This document shows positions 50,945 through 64,000 of a DNA stretch of 64,000 nucleotides, in pieces; positions within the stretch are counted from its first letter, which is position 1; each line of letters opens with the position of its first letter. The position numbers were made by a program, and so were the translations under genes. The notes below the pieces were generated by a model. It searched no databases. It was not told the DNA's origin and saw only the letters and a program-made list of their open reading frames with translations. Origin of the DNA: Spirogloea muscicola (lineage: Eukaryota); contig WELB01000002.1 in assembly GCA_009602725.1 (NCBI GenBank), positions 1,968,097 through 2,032,096 on the forward strand, read 5' to 3'.

Positions 50945-51560
50945 ACATCCTTTTGGGCTGGCCTTTCACAGCCACTGCCTTGATCATGGAAAAGCTGTTC
51001 ATTTCTGAGCTCCATCCCCCCCCACCTCCACCACTCCTGAACGGTGTATAGGCTTGATCTGGCCTCCCTCTCATGCGCAACGCGCCCTTCTGCTTTTCTT
51101 CCCCAGCTTCTTTGCGCTAGCTTTTGACAGAACAGTACTTTGGCTTGATGTGGCCTCCTTTCCATGCCCTCCGTTCCATCACACGCTCACCGCGCACCTC
51201 CTCTGTTCCTTCCAGCTTTCTTTCCGGCTGATAACTAGAGATCACTAAGTGCTCATCTTACATAGTACTTTCTTATCACGTATTACAGCTCTTTCTGGCC
51301 TCTCAAACCTTGTTTGTTGTTACTTAGGGCTGGCTTTTCACAGCCCTCGCCCCCTTTGAAAGAGCCCATTTCTCTCTTTCCGGCTGGCCTCAACATTGTA
51401 CTGCCTCGGCTTGGCTTCCCGCTACGTGCGCCACGCGCTTTCAGAGGTCACTCAAGTGACCATCCTTTGTGGTACTTGCTTAGTTGTGGGTTTCAGCACT
51501 TTCCGGCCCCTTCGGACCTTGTCCAGTCATTTCAGGCTGGCTTTTCACGGTCCTCGCCCC
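50945..51560 (+). mobile_element. Degenerate CRE-like 3' ends upstream of the TPR-MBL gene
   Basis: CATCCTTTTGGGCTGGCCTTTCACAGCC, GGCCTCCCTCTCATGCGCAACGCGC, GGGCTGGCTTTTCACAGCCCTCGCCCCC..GAGCCC. Confidence 0.7.
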
Positions 51561-52185
51561 ACCCCCCGCTTCTCTCTCTCCCTCTCCCCCCCCCTCTCTC
51601 CTCCTCCCACCCACACACAGGACAGCCCGATGAGCGCACGTGGGCAAAGAACGAGTACTTCATAGACATTGGCAGCGGTTCCTATTATTGTTGGGTCCCA
51701 CTTCTATGTTAATTAGTCATCAATCCACAGGGGCAGAGGCCCATCATGTGGGCCTCCTATGACTCTCCCACTCCACACAGAGGCTAACATGCATACACCA
51801 CACCGTGAGTAGATTAGATGGACCGCCAAGCTTCACCTCTCTGCTTGACACTGCTGCTGATTGCCCCTTCAAACACCGCTAGTCTTGCACACCCGCGATG
51901 CTGCAACTCTCCAGACCAGCCCCAGTGGCACCACGTGGCCAGGCACATGCGCCAAGCACATAATCCACGTTTCTCTATTTTGTCCTCCGGCTTGCAATGT
52001 CCAGCAACTTTGGATGCGATTTCTAATAACGTGGAACAGTCATGGCAGAATTTGCTGAAAGCATATGGCTTCCTTGCAGTGTATCTGTGCCTGTAGCACG
52101 TCTTAACAAGGTCACCATAACGTCAATGCAAGCCCCTCAAAAGGCTTCAGCACAATCAGCAAGCTACTTCTGTCACTAATCGAGC

Positions 52186-53784
52186 CTAGGCAGCAACCTT
52201 AGCAGCTGCGGTGCCAAAGCGCTTGCGAGCCTCCTCCACAATAGTGAGCTTGATACCCTTGCCCTTAGGCAGCGACACCCATGGCTTGGAGCCCTGTCCG
52301 ATGGTGAACACATTCCCTTGCCGAGTCGCAAACTGCTCAGACACGCTCAACCATTGCAACCGAGTCAGAGTCCCGACAACACAGAACAGCACAGCAGATC
52401 TCCAAGGGCTGCCACATACTGGTGGCAAGCAGTTTGAAGGGCAGTCAATGACACAGGACAACAATCTGCAGGAGGTTAGAAAATCCAACCTGGTGTCCAA
52501 CGGCGTCCTTGAGATGGATGATGTCGAAGCTTCCCTTGTGCTTCTCACGGTGCTGCCAGACACAGACACTGACTTTTGTTCAAATCAGGGAGAGTAGCAG
52601 TAAGAGGACTGTTCAACTTGTGGCAAGATATGCAGATTCTCAAGCACACGTCAACTCCAGCAAGTGCAGGCAGAGCAGTCTGCGCACCATGATGGTACCA
52701 ATACGGCCCCTGTTACGGCCGCCCGTGGTCATGGCAATGTTGCCAATATCAAACTTGATGAACTCCACGGCTTTTCCAGTCTCCAGATCAACCTTGATAG
52801 TGTCGTTGGCCTATCGCATGAAGGTGACGCAGTTCGAGAAGGTCATAATTTCAAAAACAGATGTCGTACATGAAAGCTCGTTGCTTGAACCAGCATCAAA
52901 GAGCATGAAACAAAATCAAATGAGCCGCTCAGTGAATGATGAATACCTTGATAAGAGGATCAGGGTAGCGGATGGTCCGCCCATCATAGGTGGTTATATA
53001 CGGGATTTCCTTCTTGCCGATTGTGTGAGCTCGCACTCTGCACAGCTTGTACTGCAAATACCACGGAAAGGGTAAGCGTGTGGAGCCAGCTTAAAGAGGC
53101 CAGAAAGTACGTGTGAGAGAGAGGGTGCAACAACTCAAGCTCCATATACCTAGAAACCAAAAATATAATCCTCCAGAGTGTGTTACACACCTTGGCCTCT
53201 TCGCCACTGATGCGATGAAGCACAAAACGCCCTTTGCTGTCATACAAGAGCCTGAAATGCTCATCTGTCTTCGCGATAGTAATAACGTCTGCACAGCAAG
53301 CACCATTCCCATGTCTGATTCTTCATCACATGGACAGGAAACAGCGGGAGAAGACCACAAATGTACCAACCTCAAGGCACTTCAAAGAGTAACTAGTCCT
53401 GCCATGTGCTGAAGAGTACACTATAATCAAGATGTTGGAAGCCTGGACAATGCCTGCAACACTGCAGTATGTGCAACCACAGCCCACTGCAGCCAAGCTT
53501 TTGAGGTCGACGAGCTGCATGCATTGAAGACCATAAAGCCTGTACAAAGAGCAGCACCGACCAGCGCCTGCACTTGCACAAGCGAGCTACGGAGAAACTC
53601 ACCCATGAAGCCGGCGGGGTATGTCTTGTCCGTGCGGACCTTGCCGTCCACTGCAATGAGGCGCTGCATGCAGATGGACATGACCTCCTTGTACGTGAGG
53701 GCGTACTTGAGCCTGTTCCTGAGCATCACCGCCAGGGGCAAGCACTCGCGCTCCTTGTGGGGCCCAGGGGACGGCTTCGGCGCC
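52186..53784 (-). CDS. RPS4: 40S ribosomal protein S4 (eS4); exons for the first ~27 aa not found
   Basis: [41 protein letters not shown] | [16 protein letters not shown] | ..GRNRGRIG | [13 protein letters not shown] | [31 protein letters not shown]. Confidence 0.95.
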
Positions 53785-54079
53785 TGGCAACCATCATTGA
53801 GGCGTGCAATCAAGATCAGCTCCGTGGTGTCCGGACTACTGAGCAGTAGCAGAGCCCGTCAGTGGGCCCGTCGTAACGGAGGACCCTGTAGTCCAGCGTG
53901 TTCTGGTTCACTGCGAGCTGCCAGGGCGAGCATTCCACATGACAGTACACAAAGGGACAGAAGCCCGTCACAGTCGCCACGCTCACGTCTTCGACGACCC
54001 TGCCTCCGACGGCGGCGGCGGCTGCGAGAGCTCCCTTGGCGAGCCTTGCCACCCGGTTAAGCAAGCCCTCTAAGGCAGA

Positions 54080-54179
<100 letters not shown>

Positions 54180-54180
54180 N

Positions 54181-54430
54181 CCGCCGCCGCCGGTCTTGCA
54201 GCACGGTGTGCAGTAGCAGAGCTGCGAGCAGGCGGGCGGAGGAGACGAGGGGCCCAATTAATAAATGCCTCAGGCGTTCTAGCCGCCGCAACCGCCGCCG
54301 CCGTCGCCGCCGCTGCCGCCGCCGCTGCGGGCGCCAGAGCCGCCGCGTCGAGTACCTGGTACGGCACGGGGTGCTGCGAGTTGACCTCGAACGTGACGGC
54401 TTGGCAGTGGCAGGACCCCTCGAGCAGCAT
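54181..54430 (-). CDS. 5' part of a GFA/CENP-V (Mss4-like) family protein, truncated at the N join
   Basis: MLLEGSCHCQAVTFEVNSQHPVPYQ | (GT-AG intron) | LCYCTPCCKTGGG carries the GxCxC..CxCxxC zinc motif. Confidence 0.75.
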
Positions 54431-54756
54431 CTTCCGCACGGCGACGGCGGAGGTGGCGGCGGCGGCGGCGGCGGCGGCGGAGGTCGCGGCCGCGCGGCGG
54501 GCGGGGTTGGGTTGGGGGTTGGGGGTTTAGAGGGATCGCGGGGTTGGGCGCTCCCGTTCCGTCAAACGCCCCCCAGGGGGTGCCCTTGCCAGCCGACGCT
54601 CGATGGCGCCATCCGACGGACGCGATGCGCCCCGCCAAGCGACGCCGCCCCGGCTAGACGGCGCGCGTGGCCGGGAAGCCTCCGGTAAGAGGCCCTCCTC
54701 CGACGAAGCCTCGCCCTGCCTGCAGCTCCCAGACCAGTCGGCCCGCCGCCGCCGCT

Positions 54757-57700
54757 ATGGGGAGCCCCGCTGCCGGCGCCGCGCCGGAGGGCGGGCGCGG
54801 CGAGGAGCGGCAGGCGCAGGTGCGGTTCACGACGCAGCTGCCGCCGGCGCAGCGCGTGCCGGCGTCGTCCTTCGCCGTGCCGGCGCACCTGACGCGCTAC
54901 GGCCTCTCCGAGGTCATCAACACGCTGCTGGGCCTGGGTGAGCGCCTTGCCCGGCCCCGCCCGAGCCGCCGCCCCTGCTCTCGGCCGCTGGACCGGCAGC
55001 AGCTGAAGCCACGGCTGCCCCCGCGGCCGCAGACCCTCCCAGGCCCTTCGACTTCCTGGTGGAGGGCGAGCTGCTGCGCACGTCGCTGGAGAAGCTGCTG
55101 GTGGCCCGGAAGCTCTCAGCGGTCAGCCCGACCGCTCGGCAACCATAGCGTGGCTCCACCTCGCCTCTCTCCTGCCGCCCTTGCGCTTTGCACTTGACGA
55201 GCTGGCTGTGTTTTCAGCTGCTAGGATTGAGAGCCGCCACTGCGAAGGCCTGCCTTGCCTGGTGGGTGCTGATGGCTTGCGGGCCTTAGTTGGCCCTCCT
55301 CGTCAGACCGAGCTGACAGTCCGATTTGCATGTGGGGCACAACAATGCAGGAAGCCACTGTAACGATTGAGTATGTGCCGGCGGTGGTCCCACCTGAGCA
55401 GCAGAACACACTTGTCCATCCCGACTGGGTCAGCGCGGTCTCGGGAAGGCTGCTAAGGTGGCCACTCTTTCCCCCCTGGCTGAACTGCTCTATCTCAAGT
55501 GTGTGCGATACCGCGCAGTCAGCGGACTGAGCCTTAGAGTGATGAAAGATAACATGCCTACCTTACCCAATTGCTGTCGAATGAGTTGCTGATTGACACA
55601 GTGCAAGTGCTACTGCATGCTTCCTGTGCTCAGTAGCTCGCTTACCCTCAGATCGTCGCCATCGCCCTGCACTTGACGGGTAGTTCATCTAAGATATCCA
55701 AGCCTCGCAAGCAGTGCTGACACGTATATCTTATCATGGGGGTCCTTCTTATATTGTGGTCTTGCAGTTACATCGTGAGTGGATCTTATGACTGCCTAGG
55801 ACGGTCAGTACAGTCTACCACCCCGCTGCTCTGACATCTGCCCAGCTTACTTGCCTTGCCCCTACAAAGCAGTGTTGCAAGGCTGCTAAGGGTGCTCCGT
55901 CCTCTGCAGACTGTGGGATAGAGCAGGACATTGTGCCTGCACTCTGGCGGGCCACACGGACACAATTACTGGAATAGCGTACCTCTCCACCAGCGAACGA
56001 GAAGGTGAGCTCACAGTAATACATCCCCTTTAGTTCTTAGGTTTGCCGACAAACCTTCTTCAGTAAACGTCTAAGCTGTACTTCACTGTGGGGTTCCTTG
56101 CTTCTTGGCCTTGGTAATGCAGGTGTGAAGTGCAATGACATAGTGACATCTTCCAAGGACCACACTCTCCTCCTGTGGCAGGTTCTCTGAACTGTCTCTG
56201 ACATGTCCTTTACAAAATGCATCCCTGTGCCACTGCTGTTGCTAAGGTCATGCTGTTGCATTTGCTGTTGCATCATCCTGAGACGCCTGATGGAAAGACT
56301 TCTGCTAGACTTTGATGAAGGTGGCGGAGAAGGGAGCACCCGACAAAGTAGGCGCAGTCAAAGCATTTGTGGGCCACTCAGGGAGCGTGCAAAGCGTGGC
56401 TGCCAGTCCCTCGGGAGAGGAGGTGAAAATTTTTGTCTTCACTGTGAAGTCCTCAACTTCAACATCAACCTTATTGACACCTGTTGGCAAGCGGTGTATA
56501 TTTGAAGCTCTTACCACAGCCCTTGTCGATCTTTGAGTCTGGTCCTTCACACACTTCGTGGAGGACGTCTGGCATGAATGACGGACCTCCGACAAAGTGG
56601 TCTGACTTGCTCAGATTTGCAGTGGATCCTGGGACTGCACCATAAAGCTATGGCAGTCTCGCGGCCACTCTGAAGATCCATCGACCAATGATGATGTCGC
56701 TGCAAAGAAGCGCCGTATCAAAGGCGGGGCAGCCCAGGAGATGAATGCACCTGTAGAGGTTCGCCTTTCCGACCAAGACTGTCCCAGTGGCAATCTGTGG
56801 ACTTGGTTGCAAGGGAGATGTCACAGGGCTAGTATTCACTCGGCGATCATGAGTCCGGGGTTAATGAGGTAGCTGCTGCTGTAAGCTGGATCCTTAGGCA
56901 GGATGCTGAGCTGCGACTCATCACGTTGTCCCTACCTCATCTTCAGGCTGGCCCTCAAGGAACCTTTGAAGGCCATACACAATGCGTGTCTGCTGTCACG
57001 TGGCCAGAGAGAGAGTCTATCTATTCCGCCTCCTGGGACCATTCCTTGCGGACTTGGAACACGACAACGGGTGCCAATGTGGCTACTATAGTGGGCTCTC
57101 TCTCCCCAGACAACGCCGTGTGCCTTGCTACCCTACTCTCAGCTGATGTAGAAGCTTACTCGATATTCCAAGTGACCTTTTGGACTGGAAAGTAACTCTC
57201 CTTCACATTTGCACCCTCTTGGTGGCCCACAGGAAACAGGCAGAGCACTCCACTGCCTTGATGTTGGGGGCGACAGTGCCGCGCTGCTTGCTGCTGGTGG
57301 TGCGGATAGCACATTGCGCATCTGGGACCCTCGCGTAGCGAGTAAGTGATGAGTGCCATCATATGCTCAATGGAGTGGCTCTTCTTATTGCTCCCTCAGG
57401 TCATGTGCCGCACATGCAACAGGCATAGCAGCTGCAAATTCAGGTTCTTAGTCCTGCAAAGCACGTCAATGTGAACCAGAGAGCTTCTGCAGGCTGTACT
57501 GAGTCGCCATTCCTAACCTGGCAGATTCAATAACCCCGGCTATGCAGCTGGTGGCCCATCGGGGTTGGCTCACGGCCATCAAATGGCAAGTCACTTTCGC
57601 ATGCTCGCTCTTGACATGCTGAAGCTCAACTACACCTGTTGCGGGTTAGCTTTGCACCTGCAGTCTTCCACTAGATCCCCAGCTTTTACCTTTCTTATAA

Positions 57701-58410
57701 CATGGTCACTCAAAGCGATCCATGTGCAGCTGATTTGTAAATTGACCTTGGAGAGAGCAGGTGCCCTTGGTCAGAGTACCAATTGTTATCAGCATCACAC
57801 GACTGTACTGTGAGGCTGTGGGACACGCGCAGCAAGGTAAGCCTCGTACAGGTGTTGCCTAGGCCTGCAGATGCAGTCCCAAAAGCTTCTCCTCGGCTCT
57901 GGCTCCATTTGTGACTGCAGGCGAGGCATGCGAAAGGCGTGATTGTGAGATATCCATGGAGCACCCATCTGAGATCGTTCGTTCACTGTACGCGTGTGCT
58001 GCTCGTTGCCTGGCAGGTTCCACTCCACACGCTGGACACCCACAAGGACAAGGTGAGTGCCGGAGAGCGCGCCACCGTGCTCCCTCCTCGACCGCGACGA
58101 TCCTAATCCCAGCACACTCCGCTCGCCGGCCGTCCGTGGCGCTCGTCTGGCTCGTCGGCACGGCCAGCCGGTGCGCTCGGCCGCGCCGGCAGGCGGAGGT
58201 CGGGCTGGGCAGAGGTGGCTGCGAATGGTTTGGCGCGGGGCGTGGCAAACTCCTTACGTCGTCTCGTGTCATGCGTGAAGGAGCACCCGAGCGGCAGTTC
58301 GCCCCATGTGTGTCGCGCAGGTGCTGTGCGCGGACTGGTGGCGCGGCGACAGCGTCGTCGCCGGCGGCTGCGACGGCGCGCTGGGCGTTCTGGCGGCGCC
58401 CGGCGCCTGA
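54757..58410 (+). CDS. WDR12: Ribosome biogenesis protein WDR12/Ytm1 (NLE domain + WD40)
   Basis: QVRFTT..FAVPAHLTRYGLSEVINTLL, PFDFLVEGELLRTSL, IEYV..HPDWVSAV, SGSWDCTIKLW, YSASWDHSLRTW, LRIWDPR, LLSASHDCTVRLWDTRS, KVLCADWW..GGCDG. Confidence 0.93.
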
Positions 58411-58415
58411 CGCCG

Positions 58416-58610
<195 letters not shown>

Positions 58611-58636
58611 GCCGCGCCCTGCGAGGCCGCGCCGTC

Positions 58637-60254
58637 ATGGCCGGCGGCCGCGCCGGCGCGGCGGGGCGCCTCTGCCATCCCGCTGCCGCCTCCCGCACCA
58701 CCTGCCTGGACGCGCTGCCTGCCGAGGTCGCTCTGCACATCCTGTCTGCGCTGAGCCCCCGGGACCTCGCCCTCGCAGCACAAGGTACGCACACGCCACC
58801 GGCAGAAACAGTCGACCTCGGTTCAAAGCGCCTCGCTTTGAAACTGCGATTTGCACATTTCGTTGACTCGGAGCAGCTGCTGAAGGACGCTCGCGGCGGC
58901 CTTGGCTCTTCTCTCATTGCTGGACGCTGCTGCTGCTGGCCTGTGGCAGTCTGTAGGTCATGGTTCTATGCCTGCTCCTCGCAAGGCTTGTGGCAGCAGC
59001 TCTTCCAACAACGATGGGGCTTTCGCGATCTCAAACCCTCTTCAGGATTGCCACATCAAGAGAGCAACTGGAAGGCTGCATATGCCAAGGAAGCAAGGTT
59101 ACAACGCTTTGGCAGGTTGGTTTCAGCTCAAAGCTGCTGCGCTGCGATTAAGCTTAGATTACATGCCTATGTACATTGAGCTCAGAGACTCCTGCAGCTG
59201 TATCAAGGATACTCCTGTCAGCAGCCATGTCCACTTCTGTTTCTGTCAACAAGCCTCTCACCAGTCTGCATCACCCTTTCACCTTCCCTGAGCCTGTCTT
59301 TGTGCCTCTTTCAACTTGGTCTTCATCTTCTTGCTCATCAGCCGCAGCAACCAATGCCCCCTTCCCTCTACACCCTCAAGCATACACTAACCATCACCAG
59401 CACCCTTGCGCCATTGTCTCCCTCATCTTTTAGTACTAGTGCAGTTGATAATCTACATTCGGATCATCCTCTCGATAAGGGTTAACACCGAGCACACGTG
59501 TTGTTGGTAGTTGTTCTTATTCCTGCGTGATGTCCGTATACCCCAAGTATTGAAATTTATCTTTGCACTTCTTGCTCATTGACATGACTGGGAAGCTGTC
59601 AGATCATCCAACAAGCTTAGTCCTAGTTCTTGCAGGGGCACGACGATAAGCAGAGAAGGTAATTACTATATATTGGTGAGTGATGGGGTCATCATCAGGG
59701 ACTTTGGGGCGTTCCCAGGCTGTGGTGAACCTTCACTGGCTGGCTTGAGTGCGGTGGCTGCATGTGCAGAGGTACTGGTTTCGTCAAGCAGTTGCTTAAG
59801 GCGTGTGAGTCTCACATGCGTATCACTCGCCCGTGTTATAGTCTGGTACTGGCTGGGTTTGGTGCAGCTCTGCTGCTTTACGTGTGGAAAGGCTAGTGAA
59901 GTACATGCAGTTCCTGGTGTGCAGGTACATCATAGACAAGATTCTGTTCCCGCCCATGGTGCTTCCACCCAGAACTCGAAGTGCACATGGCTGGCAAGCT
60001 GTGCAGACCCCTATAGTTGCTGTGACTCGATGACTGCTTCGAAACTGGACAGAGACACCCAATCATTGGGGGTGCCTGCCTCCCCTTCATGCTGCAGCCT
60101 TGGCACTTCAAGTGAAGATGTTCTGGCAAGCCCGGTCCCAGTGCTGAGCTCACGCCTGGTAGCATCGTTAGCTTGCCCTGGGCTGTTTGAGAGGATGCTT
60201 GTCTTTGCGGGCGACCTTGATGCCGCAAGGCGAGCAGCGGAAGTGCAGGCGTGA
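58637..60254 (+). CDS. F-box protein
   Basis: LDALPAEVALHILSALSPRDLALAAQ|VCRSW..LWQQLFQQRWG..WKAAY, with probable last exon ending GLFERMLVFAGDLDAARRAAEVQA*. Downstream exon joins are inferred. Confidence 0.8.
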
Positions 60255-60517
60255 GATTTGCCAGGCGGGGCTGGAATCGGTGAACAGAGCTTGCAGTGGT
60301 CGGACGAAAATGGGCAAGGGAAGGGAGGGTGGTGATGCTGCACGGCGGGTGGAGCTGGGCACGCGACTTCACGCCGCCGTTGATGGAGAGAAGGCGCGCC
60401 CGGTGGCGCGCGGAAACGATAGGGTGGTCAATACAAGCCGGTACACAGTCCAGGCGGAAACTAGTGCAAAAAGTGGGCTTACGCAAAACGAAGCCCAATG
60501 CTCAGTGGCTGAGATAG

Positions 60518-61350
60518 GATAAATGGCTCTCCCAAAGGGGGCAAGGGCAAGAAGGGGGTGGTGGAGGCCGGACGGTCCCAGGAACTTGTGAACTCGCTGC
60601 CAGCTCCTCGTGATTCTGGCGATTGTGGCAGTGATAGGCATGGACTGGCAGCCCTCTCGTATTGAAACGTTGCTGGCATACTGGGCAGGCGACTCTCTGG
60701 TCTGGCGCATTTGGGAGGCGCGTGTGGACTGGGCTCAGGTCGTGAGACCGACCCTGCCGACGGCGAGGTCGTTCTTGATGGTCACCAGCTGGATGGCGTC
60801 TCACAATAACAGATCGAGGCAGCAAGGGAGGTGGAGGTACGGGTAGAGATAACAGGGGAGGTAGAGGAGGCAATGATGGCGGCGGCACTGGTGGTGGTGG
60901 TGGTGGTGGAGCAGGTCGTGGTGGTGGTGGTGGTGGTGGTGGCGGCGGCTCCGGGGCGGGGACTGGTGCAGGCACTGGTAAGTGCACAGCTGGAGCTTGG
61001 GGAAGAGATGGGCATTGCCTTCGAGAGTAGATGCAGCAGACTTCGCGGCCGGCAGGAAAGAAAGGGCCCGTCCGCAGTAGAGGAGTCGCTTGACTGTGCC
61101 GGGCTGATGACCATTCCGACTCGGGGGTCCATGTTGGGGGCCTCGGACTCTGCATCCGAGGAGGCCGAGCGGGGGTCCGCAAGCCGAGCTATCTCATCAG
61201 GAGCAGGGACTGCAGGGAGGGGCTCGGGCTCCACAGCCGTCGTCGGGGAGGAGCGTGAAGAAGCTGAAGGGGGCGTTGAAGGAGTGGGAAGGTCGGCCAC
61301 TGAGGCAATAGCAGCCCTCGTTGCAGCAGTCGAGCTGCGGGTGCCGTAAG
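60518..61350 (-). mobile_element. Probable retroelement derivative: Pro/Ser-rich and zinc-finger segment joined to a CRE-like 3' terminus
   Basis: VACPVCQQRFNTRGLPVHAYHC followed by GCCCTTGCCCCCTTTGGGAGAGCCATTT. No obvious introns, one frameshift. Confidence 0.5.
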
Positions 61351-61777
61351 GGGGCGAGGGGCGCGCCGCGACCTCTGGCAGCCGCCGCCTTGGCGGTGGG
61401 GTTGGCCAGCGGGCGGTGGGCGGTGGGCGGCGGCGAGCGGCCGCGGGGGGGGGTGGCCGGGGGGGGGCAGGTGGAGCCGTTTCAGGGAAATTTTCGTTCA
61501 TTTGAAACAACAAACAAAGGCCAAATTGGCCAAGTACAGAGGCAAGCACATCTGAAGACGTACTTCACCTTTTTCATGGGGTTCNGCTCGCAGCCCGCCG
61601 CCGCCGCCGCCATCGCCCCGCGCGCCTGCCCGCGCGAAGCTCGCTTGCGCGGCAGTGCGCAGGCGAGAGGCTCCTCCCGTGCGCCCTGCCACTGCCCTGC
61701 CCCGCCGCTGCGCCCTCGCCTGCCCAAGCCTGCGCCTGCTCACCTCGGCAGCGCGGACCGGCGTGCCACCGGGGGCC

Positions 61778-64000
61778 ATGGCCGCGACGAGCTTTCCCCC
61801 GGGCCTCTACCCCGCCCACGCCACCAAGTCCATCCACCTGGTACCGCCCCCAAGCCGCAGGAAGCCCAGCAGGCCCACCTCCCGCCACATGGCGTCCTTG
61901 AAACGAGAGATCAGAGAGATCTCTTCTGTCGGAAACCCTACAAAATCAATCGAGGTTCTACAGTTACAAGAGAAGCAGCAAGGAGTACCTTGTAGTATCA
62001 GAAGATCGCTGCAACGGACCTAGCGCGCCAATGGAGCTAAGCCCAGCTGATAGTCAGAGTGTGTGCGCTGGTCGCGTAGTTGCATTGACAAGTGAGTGCC
62101 CGCCTGTGGCACGTCACAAGCAGATCCGCCACGGGCAGGGCTTCCACAATGTGGCAGGCGAGACGGACTATGGCGCATACATGTCAGCCGAGTACTTCGA
62201 TGCGGCATTGACGCCGATGGGTTGGCAGCAGGTACTTTACAACTGCATGATTCTGTGGTGCCAGCTGCAGTGCAAACCAGAACGTACGCAAGAAACGTTG
62301 GAAAAGCCACAATGTAGACTCGGTGACTGCTGAGTGTCGATTGCTGACGTGGGACGAGCCGTTTTGCTACCCTGTTGGCCTTGTGGATTGTCGGCTTCAT
62401 GTCGACCTGCAGAGGAAGAGCTTGTAGAGGCAGTGAGCTCTTACCCCTAGGCCTGTCCTCTTGGTCTAGCAGCAAGATATACCACACTGCTACTTGTCCT
62501 CACGCAGACTTCTTTGCAACACTGAAGCATCTGCAGAGTACTCTTGTGAGTGCTGCAGACAACAGCACTGAAGAATCACATCCAGAACCTCCCAGGCGGT
62601 CTGCCGGTTGACTTGGTGGTGGTTTCGCCGCTGATGAGGTAGATCCACGTGCTTGGTCATTTGCCTTGGCGGCTTTGAGCTGCACACTAGTCCCACGACC
62701 GGTAATGAAGTCATAGCATGCTGCTGCATATGCATTTATTACGAGGTAGGCAGGAAAGGCATGCTAGCATGTGCAACTCTGTGCTTAATCTGGAGTCTCT
62801 GTACCTTGATCAGTGATGCGTTGGGTCGGGCCACCTTTTGAACAGGACGATGCAGACAGCTGCTGGAGTGTTTGGGAGTGGCAAGGTGGTGGATGGGGAC
62901 TCTCAAATTCCACTTATGGTGTCCAATGTGGGGAAGAGCGAAGTGGGCCCCATCTCCAGCAAAGGCTGCCCTCCCTTTGTGGCAGTTGAGATGTGCCGAG
63001 AGCATTTGGTACGCCCCACAGCCTCCATGCAAAGCTCTTCATACCTTCTTGAGCTCTGTGCTACCATTTTGCATGCACCAGATTCTTACAGTATGCGAAG
63101 CTTGCTTGTTCCAGGGAATGCATCCTTGTGACAGGCGGAATACATTGACCGCTTATCAAGACCAATTTCCGGGTATTGACTTCTCACTGGTGAGATTATT
63201 TCATCATTCTTGTCTTTTGTATTTGGTTGTCGATATCAATGAGGATTGAGATCCTTATAATCTGAGCTTATATCTTACTATTCAAAATCATTTCATTGGC
63301 AGGTGGAAACAGACGAAGATACTTGGTGGCAAGCTGATGTGAGAGAGAGTGAAGAGCAACTAACTACCAGAGGTCAGCTTTTCTGCCAATGGTGAGTGGT
63401 GTCAATGGGTTGTTAGAGGTATGGCCTAACATGCAGCACGTGTGTGAAGGCCAATGTACTTGTGAAGGTGACAAGCACATGGCTCCTTGTTGAAAGTACC
63501 TCTTCATCAGTACATGTTAAATTCCTCTAGCATGACTTAACCCTGCTCCCAGTAGTGCAGGTTGATGAAGCGGAACGAGAGGAACATTGCAGTGGTCTCT
63601 CATAGCAGCTTCCTTCTACACATGCTATCCTTATTCGGACATGATTGTGAAGCAAACATCAGGAGGTCAATTCAGCAAGGGTGAGGGCAGCCAGCTATAA
63701 TAAGCCTCAAAATTGTACGTGTGGATCTGTAGTGCTTCTCTCGTCGCATAGTGATACTGACATTGTGTGCCCCTTTGTACATGGTCACTGCCTTCAACAA
63801 TCCCTACTGATCGCTGTGGCTCACGGCCATGCCTGTTAGGGTCTTGCAAGGCAAAGTGTCTGTCTTGTGCCAAGCCAGAATAGCTCATGACATGCTGACC
63901 AGCCCCATATCTGCTGACCAGGTATGCCAATTGCGAGATGCGCTCTGTCATCCTTGTGAATCGCAGGTGTGTGCCTGTTATCACAATTCTCTCTTATCCT
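61778..64000 (+). CDS. Phosphoglycerate mutase-like (histidine phosphatase) protein, runs off the window end
   Basis: GLYPAHATKSIHL|IRHGQGFHNVAG..FDAALTPMGWQQ, LVVVSPLMRTMQTAAGVFG, PPFVAVEMCREHLGMHPCDRR, FPGIDFSL, IAVVSHSSFL. An upstream extension beyond N 61585 is possible. Confidence 0.92.

Noticed and set aside
53320..53335. GTGATGA (C box) in an RPS4 intron
   Set aside because: It lies about 35 nt from the acceptor with no CTGA D box or terminal stem.

Overview
Eukaryotic, intron-rich nuclear DNA of a photosynthetic green-lineage organism, most consistent with a streptophyte alga (nuclear PsaL, RabA4-type Rab11, RIK, DHNAT, degenerate CCCTAAA repeats; species not determinable). About 14 spliced genes or gene fragments are present: DHNAT thioesterase, XPB, GH36 SIP/raffinose-synthase family, RabA, BTB/POZ, PsaL, SAAL1-like, RIK/KHDC4, a TPR plus metallo-beta-lactamase fusion, RPS4 (5' exons missing), a GFA fragment, WDR12, an F-box protein and a PGM-like protein running off the right end. 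Gene starts are CpG-rich islands and gene bodies look CpG-depleted. The most striking signal is a set of diverged CRE-like (restriction-like endonuclease) non-LTR retrotransposon lineages, present only as 5'-truncated 3' ends. They form dense nested stacks just upstream of most gene starts, and none was recognised in introns or in the two convergent intergenic gaps. The lineages share a conserved C-terminal peptide, a conserved 3'-terminal hairpin and CT-rich tails instead of poly(A). The assembly has two N gaps and several single-N joins. Exon boundaries were read by eye and homologies are from memory, not database searches.
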